Shown: positions 9,948 through 20,960 of the stretch, piece by piece
How positions within the stretch are numbered: the stretch's first letter is position 1
How the letters are laid out: every line of letters begins with the position of its first letter
Source of the DNA: a virus
Virus record (IMG/VR): IMGVR_UViG_3300030061_003170
Direction: 5' to 3' (one strand)
Length of the DNA stretch: 64,000 nt
Translations under genes and position numbers: made by a program
Notes under the pieces: model-generated
The model's input: only the letters and a program-made list of their open reading frames with translations
Database searches by the model: none
What the model was told of the DNA's origin: nothing

Positions 9948-11746
9948 CTGATAATTGTTCCTTTAATGTCTCGATCAGGAAACTTAAGTTCCATAATGAC
10001 GTTTTTTGGGGCCTTGATGAAAGATCCATCTCTAGACATCATATCATCAAGATTAATTCTGTTGCTTGAATAAGAAGAGCCGGATCGTGGGAGGATCTTC
10101 AGATGACGAACCTCTGCTACGCCGTCAACCTTACCTAGAACGGAATACAGTCTGTTAACGTATACAGGTTCACCAATGTATAGTTTGTCCTCAAAATACT
10201 CTTGAATTTTACTTATTGATCTACTTAAAACATCTGCATCTGTGAATCGATTATCTATCCTTAATTTAAATTCAATTCCAAAATTCACAATTTTTGCATC
10301 AAAAATGTCAATAACATCATTCATTGATTTATAATGTGTAATCCAGTTTTTAACATTTGTTTTAACTTTTTCATTAACATCTTGAAGTTGGCCGTCTGAG
10401 TTTAGACCAGTTACATAAAGCGCCATTCTTCTATTGGTCGCACTTGGGTCATTAATAATAGATGCTCTTTTGATCTCTCCAAACTTCTTTGGCATATTGT
10501 AAACGGCAGACTCATAATCTTGTCGAGTAACTGCTCTATTTTGCATCGCGTAATAGGCCTTTGCTCTTTCTTTTATTTCTTCATTTGTAACTGTTGAGGC
10601 ATCACCTGATACTGGGTCTTCATTTGTTACCTCTAGAGAAGTAATAACACCCTGAATTAATGTTTGTGTTAAATTTTGCGGATCATCAAATTCAATAATC
10701 CTTCTAACTACCGATTGGATCGTGTTTGAAGCAGCGTTGACAGACTCTGTGGTGTTGACTTTAAACACTATTGTCAACTCTGTGCCTTGTGGGGCAAGTC
10801 CTAATTTAGATGTACCTACTAGTTGCGTTGGATCAAAACTAAGATCTGTCACTTGTCTTTGGCCATGCATACGCAGGAAAACTTTGGACGGATCTATTAA
10901 ACCGTCTGGTTCGTCATTCTCGTCTCCAAAACCAAACTGAATGTATGTTCCTGTGTCGTCCTGCTCCATGACGAATCTTCTAGCGGCAATAAATGGTTTA
11001 AGTATGCTTCTGACACCATCAGATGCGGCATCTTTGTTGGTTGTTTCATTGAACACAACTTCTTGTGCTAAATTTTCAACTTGATAGTATTCATTTCCGT
11101 CTGTGTCAATGACCGAAACTATTTCTGATACATTGTCTCCGCCAACTCGTATTCTACGAAACTTTTTAAAAGTTGCACTTGACAAATCAACTGTCGCTCT
11201 CTGGAAGATTCCGGACGTAATTTGTCCGTAAGCACGGACTGCAAAGAATGTGGTCGCACCAGTTGTGTCATTAAATCTTGCAGCCACAACTTCATTATCA
11301 GCATCATCAAACCGAACATCTTCTGTCAGGACATAATTGCTCCCATTTGCAGATTGAAAGGAAGTACCTCTTTTTACAATTGGTAAATAGGCTGTGTCCG
11401 GCGCTGTGCCGTCACTAACAGCAGGCACAAGCACATACATCGCAATAGTTCCATAGGAACTAGGTGTTCCAGAAAACCTATAACCAAGTGATCTTGCGTG
11501 TTTTCTCACATTCTTTCGTTCAAGAGCCGTATCCAGAAAAGACTCGTTAACACTGTAATCTAGATAGAATGATAAAACATCACCAACATAAGCAACTTGA
11601 TCCATGAGCAGGGAATTAACTGTACCGACAGAAAAGTCTTTATACTGTTCCGGGTAGAATCTTTTTGCGTGATCTATCAAATCTTCCTTAATTGTAGAGA
11701 AGTCTCTAGAGGTATATTTGATAGGAGTGTTTTTTGTTTTTGGCAT
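9944..11746 (-). CDS. Baseplate wedge subunit, T4 gp6-like (baseplate J family)
   Basis: IKYTSRDFSTIKEDL, AYVGDVLSFYLD...ESFLDTA, QNRAVTRQDYE motifs. Confidence 0.9.
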   Translation of the reverse strand: MPKTKNTPIKYTSRDFSTIKEDLIDHAKRFYPEQYKDFSVGTVNSLLMDQVAYVGDVLSFYLDYSVNESFLDTALERKNVRKHARSLGYRFSGTPSSYGTIAMYVLVPAVSDGTAPDTAYLPIVKRGTSFQSANGSNYVLTEDVRFDDADNEVVAARFNDTTGATTFFAVRAYGQITSGIFQRATVDLSSATFKKFRRIRVGGDNVSEIVSVIDTDGNEYYQVENLAQEVVFNETTNKDAASDGVRSILKPFIAARRFVMEQDDTGTYIQFGFGDENDEPDGLIDPSKVFLRMHGQRQVTDLSFDPTQLVGTSKLGLAPQGTELTIVFKVNTTESVNAASNTIQSVVRRIIEFDDPQNLTQTLIQGVITSLEVTNEDPVSGDASTVTNEEIKERAKAYYAMQNRAVTRQDYESAVYNMPKKFGEIKRASIINDPSATNRRMALYVTGLNSDGQLQDVNEKVKTNVKNWITHYKSMNDVIDIFDAKIVNFGIEFKLRIDNRFTDADVLSRSISKIQEYFEDKLYIGEPVYVNRLYSVLGKVDGVAEVRHLKILPRSGSSYSSNRINLDDMMSRDGSFIKAPKNVIMELKFPDRDIKGTIIR

Positions 11747-11768
11747 ATTAAAGGGTACTCCTAAAACT

Positions 11769-11775
11769 TAAATAG
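11769..11775 (-). promoter_or_regulatory. Candidate late promoter motif CTATTTA upstream of gp6-like gene
   Basis: Recurrent intergenic motif upstream of structural/late genes. Confidence 0.55.
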
Positions 11776-11790
11776 TTTTTTGATCAAAAG

Positions 11791-12162
11791 TTATATCACT
11801 TCTGTTGCGACTAATTCAAAGTATTCAACTTCATTCGTACTATCAATTCTATATTGAATTTTAATAACCATGACCATTTCATTCAAAGCCAGAGATATAT
11901 CAAGAATAGAAAGATATGGCAAATATCTCCGGCACTGATTTAAAATTTCCGATTTGGCCTGACTCAGAATACTGGGTGATGCTAAACTAAAAAGATACTT
12001 CTGTATGCCAACGCCAAATTGTGGTTCCCCAACAAATGTTTCTGGTACCGTTAACAGTAAAAATTTTAAGTTTTGATTAATTGCTTCAGTGGTTTGATCA
12101 TCTGTGTAACTGAGAAAACCTTCTGGTCCTATCTCTATTGGAAATTGTATACTAATTGGCAT
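11791..12162 (-). CDS. Baseplate wedge subunit, gp25/GPW-like
   Basis: AINQNLKFLLLTVP...PQFGVGIQKYLF...YLPYLSI; adjacent to gp6-like gene. Confidence 0.85.
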   Translation of the reverse strand: MPISIQFPIEIGPEGFLSYTDDQTTEAINQNLKFLLLTVPETFVGEPQFGVGIQKYLFSLASPSILSQAKSEILNQCRRYLPYLSILDISLALNEMVMVIKIQYRIDSTNEVEYFELVATEVI

Positions 12163-12164
12163 GA

Positions 12165-15100
12165 TTAACCCTTTTTGTCAAATAACTTTTGAAATGCGTT
12201 TTTGCAATCTTTACCATCCGCATCAAATGGATTTTCTTTAACAATTCTTCTTCTTTGCCACCAAGAAATGCTGCTGTCTAAATTTATATATAATTGAGGA
12301 AGAATATTTTCAAAAAATTTCCTTTTTAAATCTTCGCTGGAAACTCTATTTTCTTCTGGCTCATCATCATCAGAGCGATACACTGAATTAAACAGTTTCC
12401 TACATGTACTCTTTGACTCATTAAATATAAACGACTTCCAGAGATCCGGTGCGATGCCTCCTAAACCTATACCGGAGTCTATTCTTTCACTTGGATCTTT
12501 TCCAATTGATTCAAAGAAATTATAAAAAGAGTAAACACCTATAGAAGAAACATACGTCTTTAAAGGGAAACAGTAATCAACAAGAACCTGGTACTCTTCT
12601 GTTTGCACAAGATTATCTATGTAACACTTTAAGTCTTCTCCCATGTTCTCATCTTCAAAATTGATGTCTTTTATCTTCTTATCAAGAACATCTTGCTCAA
12701 AGACTGCAATTGGAACTGTTCGTGCCGTTAATTGCCAAGGCCTTTGACTAGTTTCAGTTGCTAATTGTATCATGGCCGGCTTGTGAGAGAATGCTCGGTT
12801 TGTCTCTGCATCTAAATCATTTAAGTCATAAGAAAAAGCCGAAGGAGGACAATACATTAGTCGTACCCCAAACTGTACCCCTAAGGAGCCGACTAGAATT
12901 CTGTCATCGCTGATCAACTCTAGGTTGCCAAAATAGTCTGATAGTTTTGAGTTCTCGTCATAAACGGCCCTATCGCTAAGTAATTCCTGTAGTTCTTTGA
13001 TGTTGTAAACTTGTTCCAAGCCGTCTTTGTCGGTGGTTCGAATGTACCTCTCGAGATAAAAAACACCTTTTTCATTTAATTCCTCAAGTTCATCTGGTGT
13101 TAATAAAGCATTGTCAAACACATTTTCTTCTAAAATGTTCCGTGGTACATCAAAAATAGATCCATACCCAATACCAGATTTACCACCGGTCACAGGAGCC
13201 TCAATTTTGCTCTCTCCCGCTCTTAAAGTTGAACCCCTCATCATACCATTCTTAGATAATAAGTACTTGCTTATGTCGTAAACATGAGGTCGAGGGCGCA
13301 TATTAAAATATAACTTCTCAGATAATTGTGTTATTTCCCTTTTCACTATTTCTCTTAAGAATACTTTCGCGGCATCTCGAGCCTTCCATATAGTATTTAT
13401 GCTGTTTGCCAAGCCTAAGCGAAATGGTGATAACGGAATACCTGCTGCTGCTCTCCATAAACCTGCAACATCACCCCAGTCCATCTTCATAGAATCATTT
13501 AAAACTTCTTCCCAATCTTCGCCATAAGCAATAATCGCTGAGCCTCTGGCTATGTCATCGCATGCTTGGAAGAAATCCTGGCCTAGTGAGGCAAACTGTT
13601 CCTTTGCTTGATCTATTTGTTCTTTTGCTTCAACAAGCGCTGGTGTCATCTCAAGCATCCCATCCAAGATCATTCTTTCAACAGATTGCACTGATTGCTC
13701 TAAGAACAATAGCCAATAAGTATAACCTTGTATAACATTGAAAAGATTAAATTGATCCACCATCCCATCTTTCATAGCCTCAATCAAAACATCAGAAAAA
13801 ATATCATCAATGTTTCTATCCGACATTTCAACGCTGCTAAAAACTGGAAGTGTTTTTAGAATAAACTCTGTGGCATATACTCTAACCGTTGAAGTAACAA
13901 CGCCATCCATTAATCCGTGGTTTATAGGACTAAATTGTCTATCAAATGGTATCTCTACCCGACATTCCGGCGGTAATGATAAGCGCTCGTCGAATGGCAG
14001 GTTGTCTTCAATTTCTTTAACTCGATTGGTGATTTGAGCGAGATCTAAGAAATTAGTTGTATTCTCATCACAACTAGAAATCTCAGGGACAAAAGTGCGC
14101 ATCATCCCCATCCAACCATTATAAGTTGCAGGCTCAATGTAAATCTTTGGTCTCCTATAGGAGCCACCGTGAATATCCGGGTCCAAAAAATGCACTCTTG
14201 GATTCTCTGTTGCACTTTTACCAAGTTTTCTATCTTCCTCATCAAAGGTATAACTCCAAGTACCTTCATCATTAGGATTAGCGTCTGGATCCACATATAT
14301 TAGATCTCTAAATTCAATGGCTTGGCTTGCATCATAACCAAATTTATAACCTATAGGGGTCCCTCCATCCGGATCATTTAACATGGCATCCCTAACAAAT
14401 GTAAACATTTCTGAGTTAATCGCTTCGTAAACTTTTCTACTCTCTATACTATTGATTTCTACGGGCCTGTTGAGGCCACGTTTTAGTAAATTTTCAAAAA
14501 CTTTAACATATCCCTTAGTACGACCCGCTACGGGAAACTGTATGCCCTCTAAGAAGGAATCATCATACGCAAAAGGCTTAGAATATTTTATTCTATCCCT
14601 TTCAATAACAGGATCGTTACTAAATGCCTCATCTAAATCTTGACCAGGTCTAAAAGAATAGAAAATTTCCTTGATGTTGATATTAAATTTATTATCTATG
14701 CCGCCTTTTCTGGTTATTGACATTTCCATTTCATAGTCTGGGCCTTCACCATTTGCATCGTTCGTAAAGTTGCCACTAATCTTCACCTCTCCGTCGGTAT
14801 TTAAGAACGAAAACATCGACATCTGTATTTGTTTCCTCATATGAATACCAACTGTTGCAGGAAACATCCCGCTAGCGTTCTCTATATCAGGCATACGAAA
14901 GTCATTTGCGTACCATATAGAGCCATACTCTTTTCTAAATTCCCAGTCTGCTTCTGAGTTAACATAATTTGGAATGAATATCGGCAACCCAACAAACAGT
15001 TCGTGGAGTTTTAATGAATTATCAGCAGTGTCTGTTAGGATACTGGCCAAAACAGAATGATACTCTCCAATTAAATCATCAAAAAATCTTCTTTCAAGCA

Positions 15101-18100
15101 AACTAAAGAAGTCATTAATTAGTCCTTTCTTTTGTTCACGGCTCTCTGGTGTTTCAAGTAATATAGCGCTTTTATTTACAGAACAAGTTGGATCAGCACG
15201 AGACAACAAATCATCGATTGCCTGCTCCATTAATCCCTGTGGTCCCTGTTGCATGATTTTTGCAACATCACCTAGGTCGTCTAGTACTCTTTCGTTCGCC
15301 TTGTCAATCATGTCTCTGGCTGTTTCTTCGTCTAAACCATTTGCAGTTAGCAGCCCCTCTCTATCTCTGTTAAATTGATCCAATTCTTCCTGAGTCAAAC
15401 AAATTGATTCATATATTGGCCCATCAGGCGCCCTGTTTACTTCTTCTAGCAGTTCTTGCAACAGTTCTGGTGGGCAATATGAACCACAATTGACATAAAC
15501 TCTCTCTACGTCTTGAGGAGTACCCATGACTCCACCATATTCTGGACAAAATGTATTTACTGCCTCTGCTATTCTAGCAGATACATGCGGCTCTCCTTGG
15601 CCAGCCATTAATTGCACATTTTCTTTTCGAGACGTGACTGAATTAAGTGTTCTAAAAAGACAATTAATATCTCCCCCGAACCCTCCAAGATTACCAAAAA
15701 CTCCATTCTTAGCCGCTGCCAGATCATCTTCGTCTCCATCTGGGCACCAGGCATCTCTAAGTGCATTATCAAAACCATCCCCTGAAAAGTCACCCTCTGC
15801 CACAAATTGACCGAGAGCATTAAGGCCATCACAAATTCCTTGCTCAATTGTTTGTAGTAATTTAAACATTAAACTAACCAAAACTTTTGTAATTGTTTGT
15901 GAAAATGATGCTATGAATATATTGGCCAGTTTTGTTAGCAGCGCAGTGTCAAAAAAGTTTGGAACTGTTGGGATTTTAGGCATCCTCAGTCCATTTTGTA
16001 AATCCCCACACACATCTAGTGTTAGAGTGCTAAGAAAACTATCAATTGGAGGTTCTGATGGACTCTGTGCGGCACATTTTACGCTGGCTAATAACCTGGG
16101 CAATAACTCACCTACAAGCGGCACCCTATCAAGAGTCTGAAGTAGTACATCAATCTGCAGAGAGTCCATCATATAGTCAATATAAGCAGAAGTAATTGTC
16201 TTTTGAAGAGACCCAAGTGCATTACCATAAGTCCCAGGAGGGGTGTTTTCTTTTGCTTTTGACTCCCTATTGGCAGCATCCGCTAATGTTTTCTTTTCCT
16301 CTTCCGGTAGATCCCTCCAGATTTCCAAATCAGATTTTTTTGCGTTAGGATCAGATGTCTCCTTTGATAATTTTGATATTTGTGCTTCTAAGTCTGTGGT
16401 ACGTGCCAAAAGTTGTTCGTATACCAACTGTTCACCAGCAAGAACTTTGTTCTCAGATTCCAATTGTTTCATAAGGCCTGCGATAGTTCCTTCTTGCCAT
16501 GGATTATATTCTTGAGCATTGACTTCCGCAATTTCTCCTGAGATCTTATTGACTCTTTTTAATTGATCACCAACTCTGTTCAATTGTGCGGCCTGATCTT
16601 TGATTGATTGATCTAATTCTGCTTTAAATTGCACTAATTTTTTGTTATCGTCTTGACCCGCTAACGCTTGCTTAATAAACCCATCTTTGTATTTTTGATA
16701 AGGGTTTGAGTTTGACATTGAGCCAGGATCATATCCTGCTTCCCATGGTAGTGGTAGATTGCCAAAATCTTTTTCATATTGCTGACGGATCTTAATCTGA
16801 TCTTCTGGTGGTAGGTTTTCAATGAAAAAACCAATAACATCAATATCCATGGACTCAAGCGCCACACGAACAATTTTAGACATTGCATTTTGGTAAGAAG
16901 TCCCTGAGAAAAGACAGCGCATTGCTGCCATACCAACACTATTGATGTTACATAAAGTCAACATTTTAATGACGTGATCACTTTGAGAACCTTTGGGTTC
17001 GTCCTTAAGAGACTTAAGTGCTGAACTGTTAGGATTTGTGCTCATTGATCTTAATGTATCTGGTGGGATTAAAGACTTTAAAAAGGAATCTTGGGCGAAA
17101 AATTTATCAAATTGCGCCTGATATACTTGTTGATTAGCAGCATTAATAGCATCTTCATTTTCTAAGAACTTTGGCTTTGACCCGGGCCTAGAACATGACA
17201 CATTGTTGAACTCAAATTCTAATGCTTTCATTAAATTGACTGAATCATTTAAGATAGTGTCTCTCAACTCAATAGCATATTGGTTCGCGTTGTTTACTAT
17301 GCAACTACCAACGTCTTGCTCAAGATTGTCTTTGCTAAGGCGACCGTAAACAACAGATATCTGTGGGTATGTGTATGCTACTAAAAAATCTAACCATGGA
17401 TAGGACTGTGATGCACGCAATGACATGTCTATCTTCTTTAAATTAGCAACATAGTGCATTGTGGTGGGTCGATTGTCACACCAACTTTTGAAATTATCAA
17501 ACCCGTCGGTTAATTTGCTATACCCGCAACCATTAACTTCTACCTTCACCGCCTTAAGTTTGTAAATCTCTCCTTCTAAAAATTCTAGTTTAACTTTCCT
17601 TACAAGGTTGCCTATACCAGAAAAGAAACTATTGACTTCATAACCATTATCTCTTATAATCTGCACAATTTTATCTTTAAATTGATCAATTTTGACCTTT
17701 TCTTCAGATGCATAATAATCAACAGGCTGAATGTCCTCTGCGCTAAGCGCCTCTACGTCTTGAGTATCAGAAAATATTAGATAACCATCTTGGTTTCTCC
17801 AAAACAATGATTGGTATGTACTATAGATACCCAAACTAGTAGACAGCCTAGTCAGTTGAGGAGACAAATCCTCGGATAAAAACTCAACTGAATTATTGGC
17901 ATTAAGTTTACTTACTGTATCGGATCCACCAGGAAGTTGTATTCTAGGCTTGCTTGGCACTTGATCAAAGATAAATGCAGGGACAGTAACTTTTACTTTA
18001 AGATAGTTTCCTATTGGATCAATATCAAAATCTTTTATTACGGCATATAGTTCTAAAGCGTAAGGGTTTGTAATCTCAGGATACTCTCCTGTTGCAAACT

Positions 18101-18701
18101 TGGTGGCATCAAACACTTCAAAGGAGTCGCCCTCTTCAGTTGTTCTATTTTCTCCTGCATAAATTGAGTTGGTTGCCTCTGCTATTATTTGATCAATAGG
18201 TGGGCATGAATTTCTCTGAGACAATGGAATATCTTCCAGGCTTCTCTCGTCAAAAACATCAGTCCCACCAGATTCGATATGCCTCGTATAGGCCAAAGTA
18301 TAGTCACTTTGAAGTTCTAGTAACTCATCCGGGGCCAACCCTTCAAGTTTAAGTCCAGGAAATGAAGCGCAAATTATTGCATCAGCCTCAAGTTTCCCAA
18401 AATGCCGCAACATTAAACGCAATGCCGGCTCGATATATTGTCTCAAAGCCACCTCACGGCCTTGAGGAGGGCTTCTAAAATCAGCAGCAGTAAGATATTC
18501 CCCGTATCTATCAAGACTAACTACACAAGTATATTCACAAGTCCCTTCGTTTAGATATGGACGATTAACCATACCAGTCCAGTCAGGCTCAATATAGTTG
18601 GGGTTTACAATACAGGTTGGGCATATTTTTTTTATCGGTGGTGGTGGTGTAATATCATCACAAACGTCTTTTTGAAATTTTGAGAAATCTTTTTCGGCCA
18701 T
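12165..18701 (-). CDS. 2178-aa acidic, Cys-containing protein with central coiled coil, probable virion protein
   Basis: Long ORF inside baseplate module; no recognisable catalytic motif. Confidence 0.6.
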   Translation of the reverse strand: MAEKDFSKFQKDVCDDITPPPPIKKICPTCIVNPNYIEPDWTGMVNRPYLNEGTCEYTCVVSLDRYGEYLTAADFRSPPQGREVALRQYIEPALRLMLRHFGKLEADAIICASFPGLKLEGLAPDELLELQSDYTLAYTRHIESGGTDVFDERSLEDIPLSQRNSCPPIDQIIAEATNSIYAGENRTTEEGDSFEVFDATKFATGEYPEITNPYALELYAVIKDFDIDPIGNYLKVKVTVPAFIFDQVPSKPRIQLPGGSDTVSKLNANNSVEFLSEDLSPQLTRLSTSLGIYSTYQSLFWRNQDGYLIFSDTQDVEALSAEDIQPVDYYASEEKVKIDQFKDKIVQIIRDNGYEVNSFFSGIGNLVRKVKLEFLEGEIYKLKAVKVEVNGCGYSKLTDGFDNFKSWCDNRPTTMHYVANLKKIDMSLRASQSYPWLDFLVAYTYPQISVVYGRLSKDNLEQDVGSCIVNNANQYAIELRDTILNDSVNLMKALEFEFNNVSCSRPGSKPKFLENEDAINAANQQVYQAQFDKFFAQDSFLKSLIPPDTLRSMSTNPNSSALKSLKDEPKGSQSDHVIKMLTLCNINSVGMAAMRCLFSGTSYQNAMSKIVRVALESMDIDVIGFFIENLPPEDQIKIRQQYEKDFGNLPLPWEAGYDPGSMSNSNPYQKYKDGFIKQALAGQDDNKKLVQFKAELDQSIKDQAAQLNRVGDQLKRVNKISGEIAEVNAQEYNPWQEGTIAGLMKQLESENKVLAGEQLVYEQLLARTTDLEAQISKLSKETSDPNAKKSDLEIWRDLPEEEKKTLADAANRESKAKENTPPGTYGNALGSLQKTITSAYIDYMMDSLQIDVLLQTLDRVPLVGELLPRLLASVKCAAQSPSEPPIDSFLSTLTLDVCGDLQNGLRMPKIPTVPNFFDTALLTKLANIFIASFSQTITKVLVSLMFKLLQTIEQGICDGLNALGQFVAEGDFSGDGFDNALRDAWCPDGDEDDLAAAKNGVFGNLGGFGGDINCLFRTLNSVTSRKENVQLMAGQGEPHVSARIAEAVNTFCPEYGGVMGTPQDVERVYVNCGSYCPPELLQELLEEVNRAPDGPIYESICLTQEELDQFNRDREGLLTANGLDEETARDMIDKANERVLDDLGDVAKIMQQGPQGLMEQAIDDLLSRADPTCSVNKSAILLETPESREQKKGLINDFFSLLERRFFDDLIGEYHSVLASILTDTADNSLKLHELFVGLPIFIPNYVNSEADWEFRKEYGSIWYANDFRMPDIENASGMFPATVGIHMRKQIQMSMFSFLNTDGEVKISGNFTNDANGEGPDYEMEMSITRKGGIDNKFNINIKEIFYSFRPGQDLDEAFSNDPVIERDRIKYSKPFAYDDSFLEGIQFPVAGRTKGYVKVFENLLKRGLNRPVEINSIESRKVYEAINSEMFTFVRDAMLNDPDGGTPIGYKFGYDASQAIEFRDLIYVDPDANPNDEGTWSYTFDEEDRKLGKSATENPRVHFLDPDIHGGSYRRPKIYIEPATYNGWMGMMRTFVPEISSCDENTTNFLDLAQITNRVKEIEDNLPFDERLSLPPECRVEIPFDRQFSPINHGLMDGVVTSTVRVYATEFILKTLPVFSSVEMSDRNIDDIFSDVLIEAMKDGMVDQFNLFNVIQGYTYWLLFLEQSVQSVERMILDGMLEMTPALVEAKEQIDQAKEQFASLGQDFFQACDDIARGSAIIAYGEDWEEVLNDSMKMDWGDVAGLWRAAAGIPLSPFRLGLANSINTIWKARDAAKVFLREIVKREITQLSEKLYFNMRPRPHVYDISKYLLSKNGMMRGSTLRAGESKIEAPVTGGKSGIGYGSIFDVPRNILEENVFDNALLTPDELEELNEKGVFYLERYIRTTDKDGLEQVYNIKELQELLSDRAVYDENSKLSDYFGNLELISDDRILVGSLGVQFGVRLMYCPPSAFSYDLNDLDAETNRAFSHKPAMIQLATETSQRPWQLTARTVPIAVFEQDVLDKKIKDINFEDENMGEDLKCYIDNLVQTEEYQVLVDYCFPLKTYVSSIGVYSFYNFFESIGKDPSERIDSGIGLGGIAPDLWKSFIFNESKSTCRKLFNSVYRSDDDEPEENRVSSEDLKRKFFENILPQLYINLDSSISWWQRRRIVKENPFDADGKDCKNAFQKLFDKKG

Positions 18702-18702
18702 G

Positions 18703-19737
18703 TTATTTTCCTATGAATACTGTGCTGCTGCAAATGTCGCCGGCGCCCTGTATTAACTCGTCTGTTTCTGCACTAGTTGAAAAAGAAGAAAGTCCGAGCG
18801 ACTCTAATTGTTCAATGTTGGTATTTACATTATCCAATATGTTTGATAACGTATCCTTAAAGAAATTCGGAACACTACCGCCAGTATGCGTAACAGCATT
18901 GACTGCTGGGGCTGTTTGAATAACCCCTACCCCAGCACCCTGATGGTTGTGGACAGCATAAGATATTTCTAATTTTATTAATTTTTGTTCAAGAGTTTGA
19001 ACTTTTGAGTGTATTTTCATTATCTTTTTTACAAGTTTTCTAAGGTACTCTTTAAGGTTTCCACCTAAGACTGCTGCTTGAATATCTTTTTCTGTTGTTC
19101 TTGCCAAAGTAATCTTGGGTTTAATACTTCGAATACCAGTCGCCAATAGGTCAGAGGAATCTTTGGGTGTAAAATTTGCGGACCCAACTAAAATTCTAAC
19201 TTCTTCGCGCCCTATTGCATATGTATGATCTGCTTTGATGCCAATACCGGACTTCATATTAGCAGCAAAACAGGTGTTTGGTGTACCTAAGCCAAAATAA
19301 TGTTCCAGGGATCCCCTCTCGGTAAGATAGATTCTGGCTGCATCAGAGGCAAAGTTTGCTCTCGACTGTATGTCAGAGGTATAAACCCTTGACTCATTAC
19401 CAAGTGATCCTACAACAATATCTATGGCCTCACACTGAGTGCCTCCGGCACCTCCTAGGCCAGAATGAACAGGTCCGTAATTATCTTTTGTAAACAATAT
19501 ACGGCCACCTGTGGGACCATTCTGGTTTTTAGATCTAGAGACGATCTTCTCTAGTCCCATAACTGGTCCGAAACTTGGCAAGTCTTCATTGTCTTTAATG
19601 AGAAAGACCCCAGACTCAAACAATTCTGGTTTTTTCTTTACCAAATTGTCGTTAGACTGTTGAATCATTCTTCTTTTATCATACCCAACTGAATAGGCTG
19701 AGCCTAAGGTTATCATTTTGTTGTTTTCAATACTCAT
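18703..19737 (-). CDS. Probable baseplate central spike (gp5/gpV-like C-terminal part)
   Basis: Start moved to MSIENNK (TAATG coupling at 19737); SGIGIKADH beta-repeat segment, AAVLGGNL, coiled coil, then HNH (HxH apex motif). Confidence 0.55.
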   Translation of the reverse strand: MSIENNKMITLGSAYSVGYDKRRMIQQSNDNLVKKKPELFESGVFLIKDNEDLPSFGPVMGLEKIVSRSKNQNGPTGGRILFTKDNYGPVHSGLGGAGGTQCEAIDIVVGSLGNESRVYTSDIQSRANFASDAARIYLTERGSLEHYFGLGTPNTCFAANMKSGIGIKADHTYAIGREEVRILVGSANFTPKDSSDLLATGIRSIKPKITLARTTEKDIQAAVLGGNLKEYLRKLVKKIMKIHSKVQTLEQKLIKLEISYAVHNHQGAGVGVIQTAPAVNAVTHTGGSVPNFFKDTLSNILDNVNTNIEQLESLGLSSFSTSAETDELIQGAGDICSSTVFIGK

Positions 19738-20960
19738 TATATCCCCAGTATCTCCTTCACTTTTGCATTTGATAGAAAAGTGTTTTTCCAACCCCTGAGT
19801 CTTTGTGCAACACCTTCTGGGTTTTTGCTATCTTTTTTTGCAGCAGCGTTATTACCAACCCCTTTATACACACTTTGTCCCTTATTGGCTCCGTATTGAG
19901 ATGGGTAAGATGCCCACTCCTCCGCTATTGCATGTGCTGCCGCGATGGCATCGTCATGCTTGTCAACCATATAGCCGTGCAAGACCGGTCTTTTGCTGCT
20001 CAAGATTAAATAAGCACCCATAGCATCTTGGATTTCTTTGTTAAATACTTGGCTTTGATCAATATTCAGAGCAGCAATTGTTTCTTGAAATGTCTGTGAT
20101 CTTTTGTCAAAGGAGCCTACAAGTTGGTACCTTCCAACTGCAAAAACTCCAACACCCAGATTGCCTGCGCTTCTTTTATTTTGAGATGCTCTAATTTCTG
20201 CTATGGTTTTGGTTGATAACTTACCGGCGCCATTTTTCCATCTACCAAACTCTTGAACAACAGTGTCATTACATTCACCCGTTGCGCCACAATTGTAAGC
20301 ATCGTAGGAATCAGGACCAGTACGTCCAGTCTCATGGGAGGAAATATCATCAAGAAAGCCAGTAAGTGCCGGAACAAAGTCCTTGTATTGCTGTAGGGTA
20401 TAAACAGTCGATACATTGTTGGTAGATTTTCTTGGATTTGTAGATGATTCTCCAATAGTTGAAGGTGCCGAGTTTGAATCGGCAAAAGCACTCATTGCCA
20501 ACTGTCTTCTTTTTCGAAGAATTGTAGCAGAGGTTGTTCTTTTTGTGATTCTTGTAGCAAAAAGAACTGCTTTTTGACCATTTGACTCCTTGATTCTTCT
20601 GCATTCGATCTCATCTCCAAAATTTGGTGCTTCGAAATCGTTGGTTACCTCAAAAACACATTGTGGATGCATATTAATTAATTTACGAGCGATATTTAAG
20701 CACGCAGCATCAAGTGGATCTGGGTAGATTCTATTGAGTGCTCTAGTTGGCCGAATCCTTGCAAGGATATAAGATTGATCATCTAATACAATTCTCGTAC
20801 CATCGCTATCTGAAGGGTTATTATCCGATAACACCGTGGCATTAAATACATCTGGTAAGTTATCAAAAATGGAATCAATGAACGCTTCTTGAAACAAGTC
20901 TGCACGACTACTTAAACGATCAGAAAAACTACGTACCTGTTGGGGTGTGAAAATGCTCAT
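19737..20960 (-). CDS. Tail/baseplate protein with C-terminal lambda-R-like lysozyme/lytic transglycosylase domain
   Basis: ISSHETG..YDAYN, TIAEI, AVGRYQ, FNKEIQD, EWASYP motifs. Confidence 0.8.
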   Translation of the reverse strand: MSIFTPQQVRSFSDRLSSRADLFQEAFIDSIFDNLPDVFNATVLSDNNPSDSDGTRIVLDDQSYILARIRPTRALNRIYPDPLDAACLNIARKLINMHPQCVFEVTNDFEAPNFGDEIECRRIKESNGQKAVLFATRITKRTTSATILRKRRQLAMSAFADSNSAPSTIGESSTNPRKSTNNVSTVYTLQQYKDFVPALTGFLDDISSHETGRTGPDSYDAYNCGATGECNDTVVQEFGRWKNGAGKLSTKTIAEIRASQNKRSAGNLGVGVFAVGRYQLVGSFDKRSQTFQETIAALNIDQSQVFNKEIQDAMGAYLILSSKRPVLHGYMVDKHDDAIAAAHAIAEEWASYPSQYGANKGQSVYKGVGNNAAAKKDSKNPEGVAQRLRGWKNTFLSNAKVKEILGI

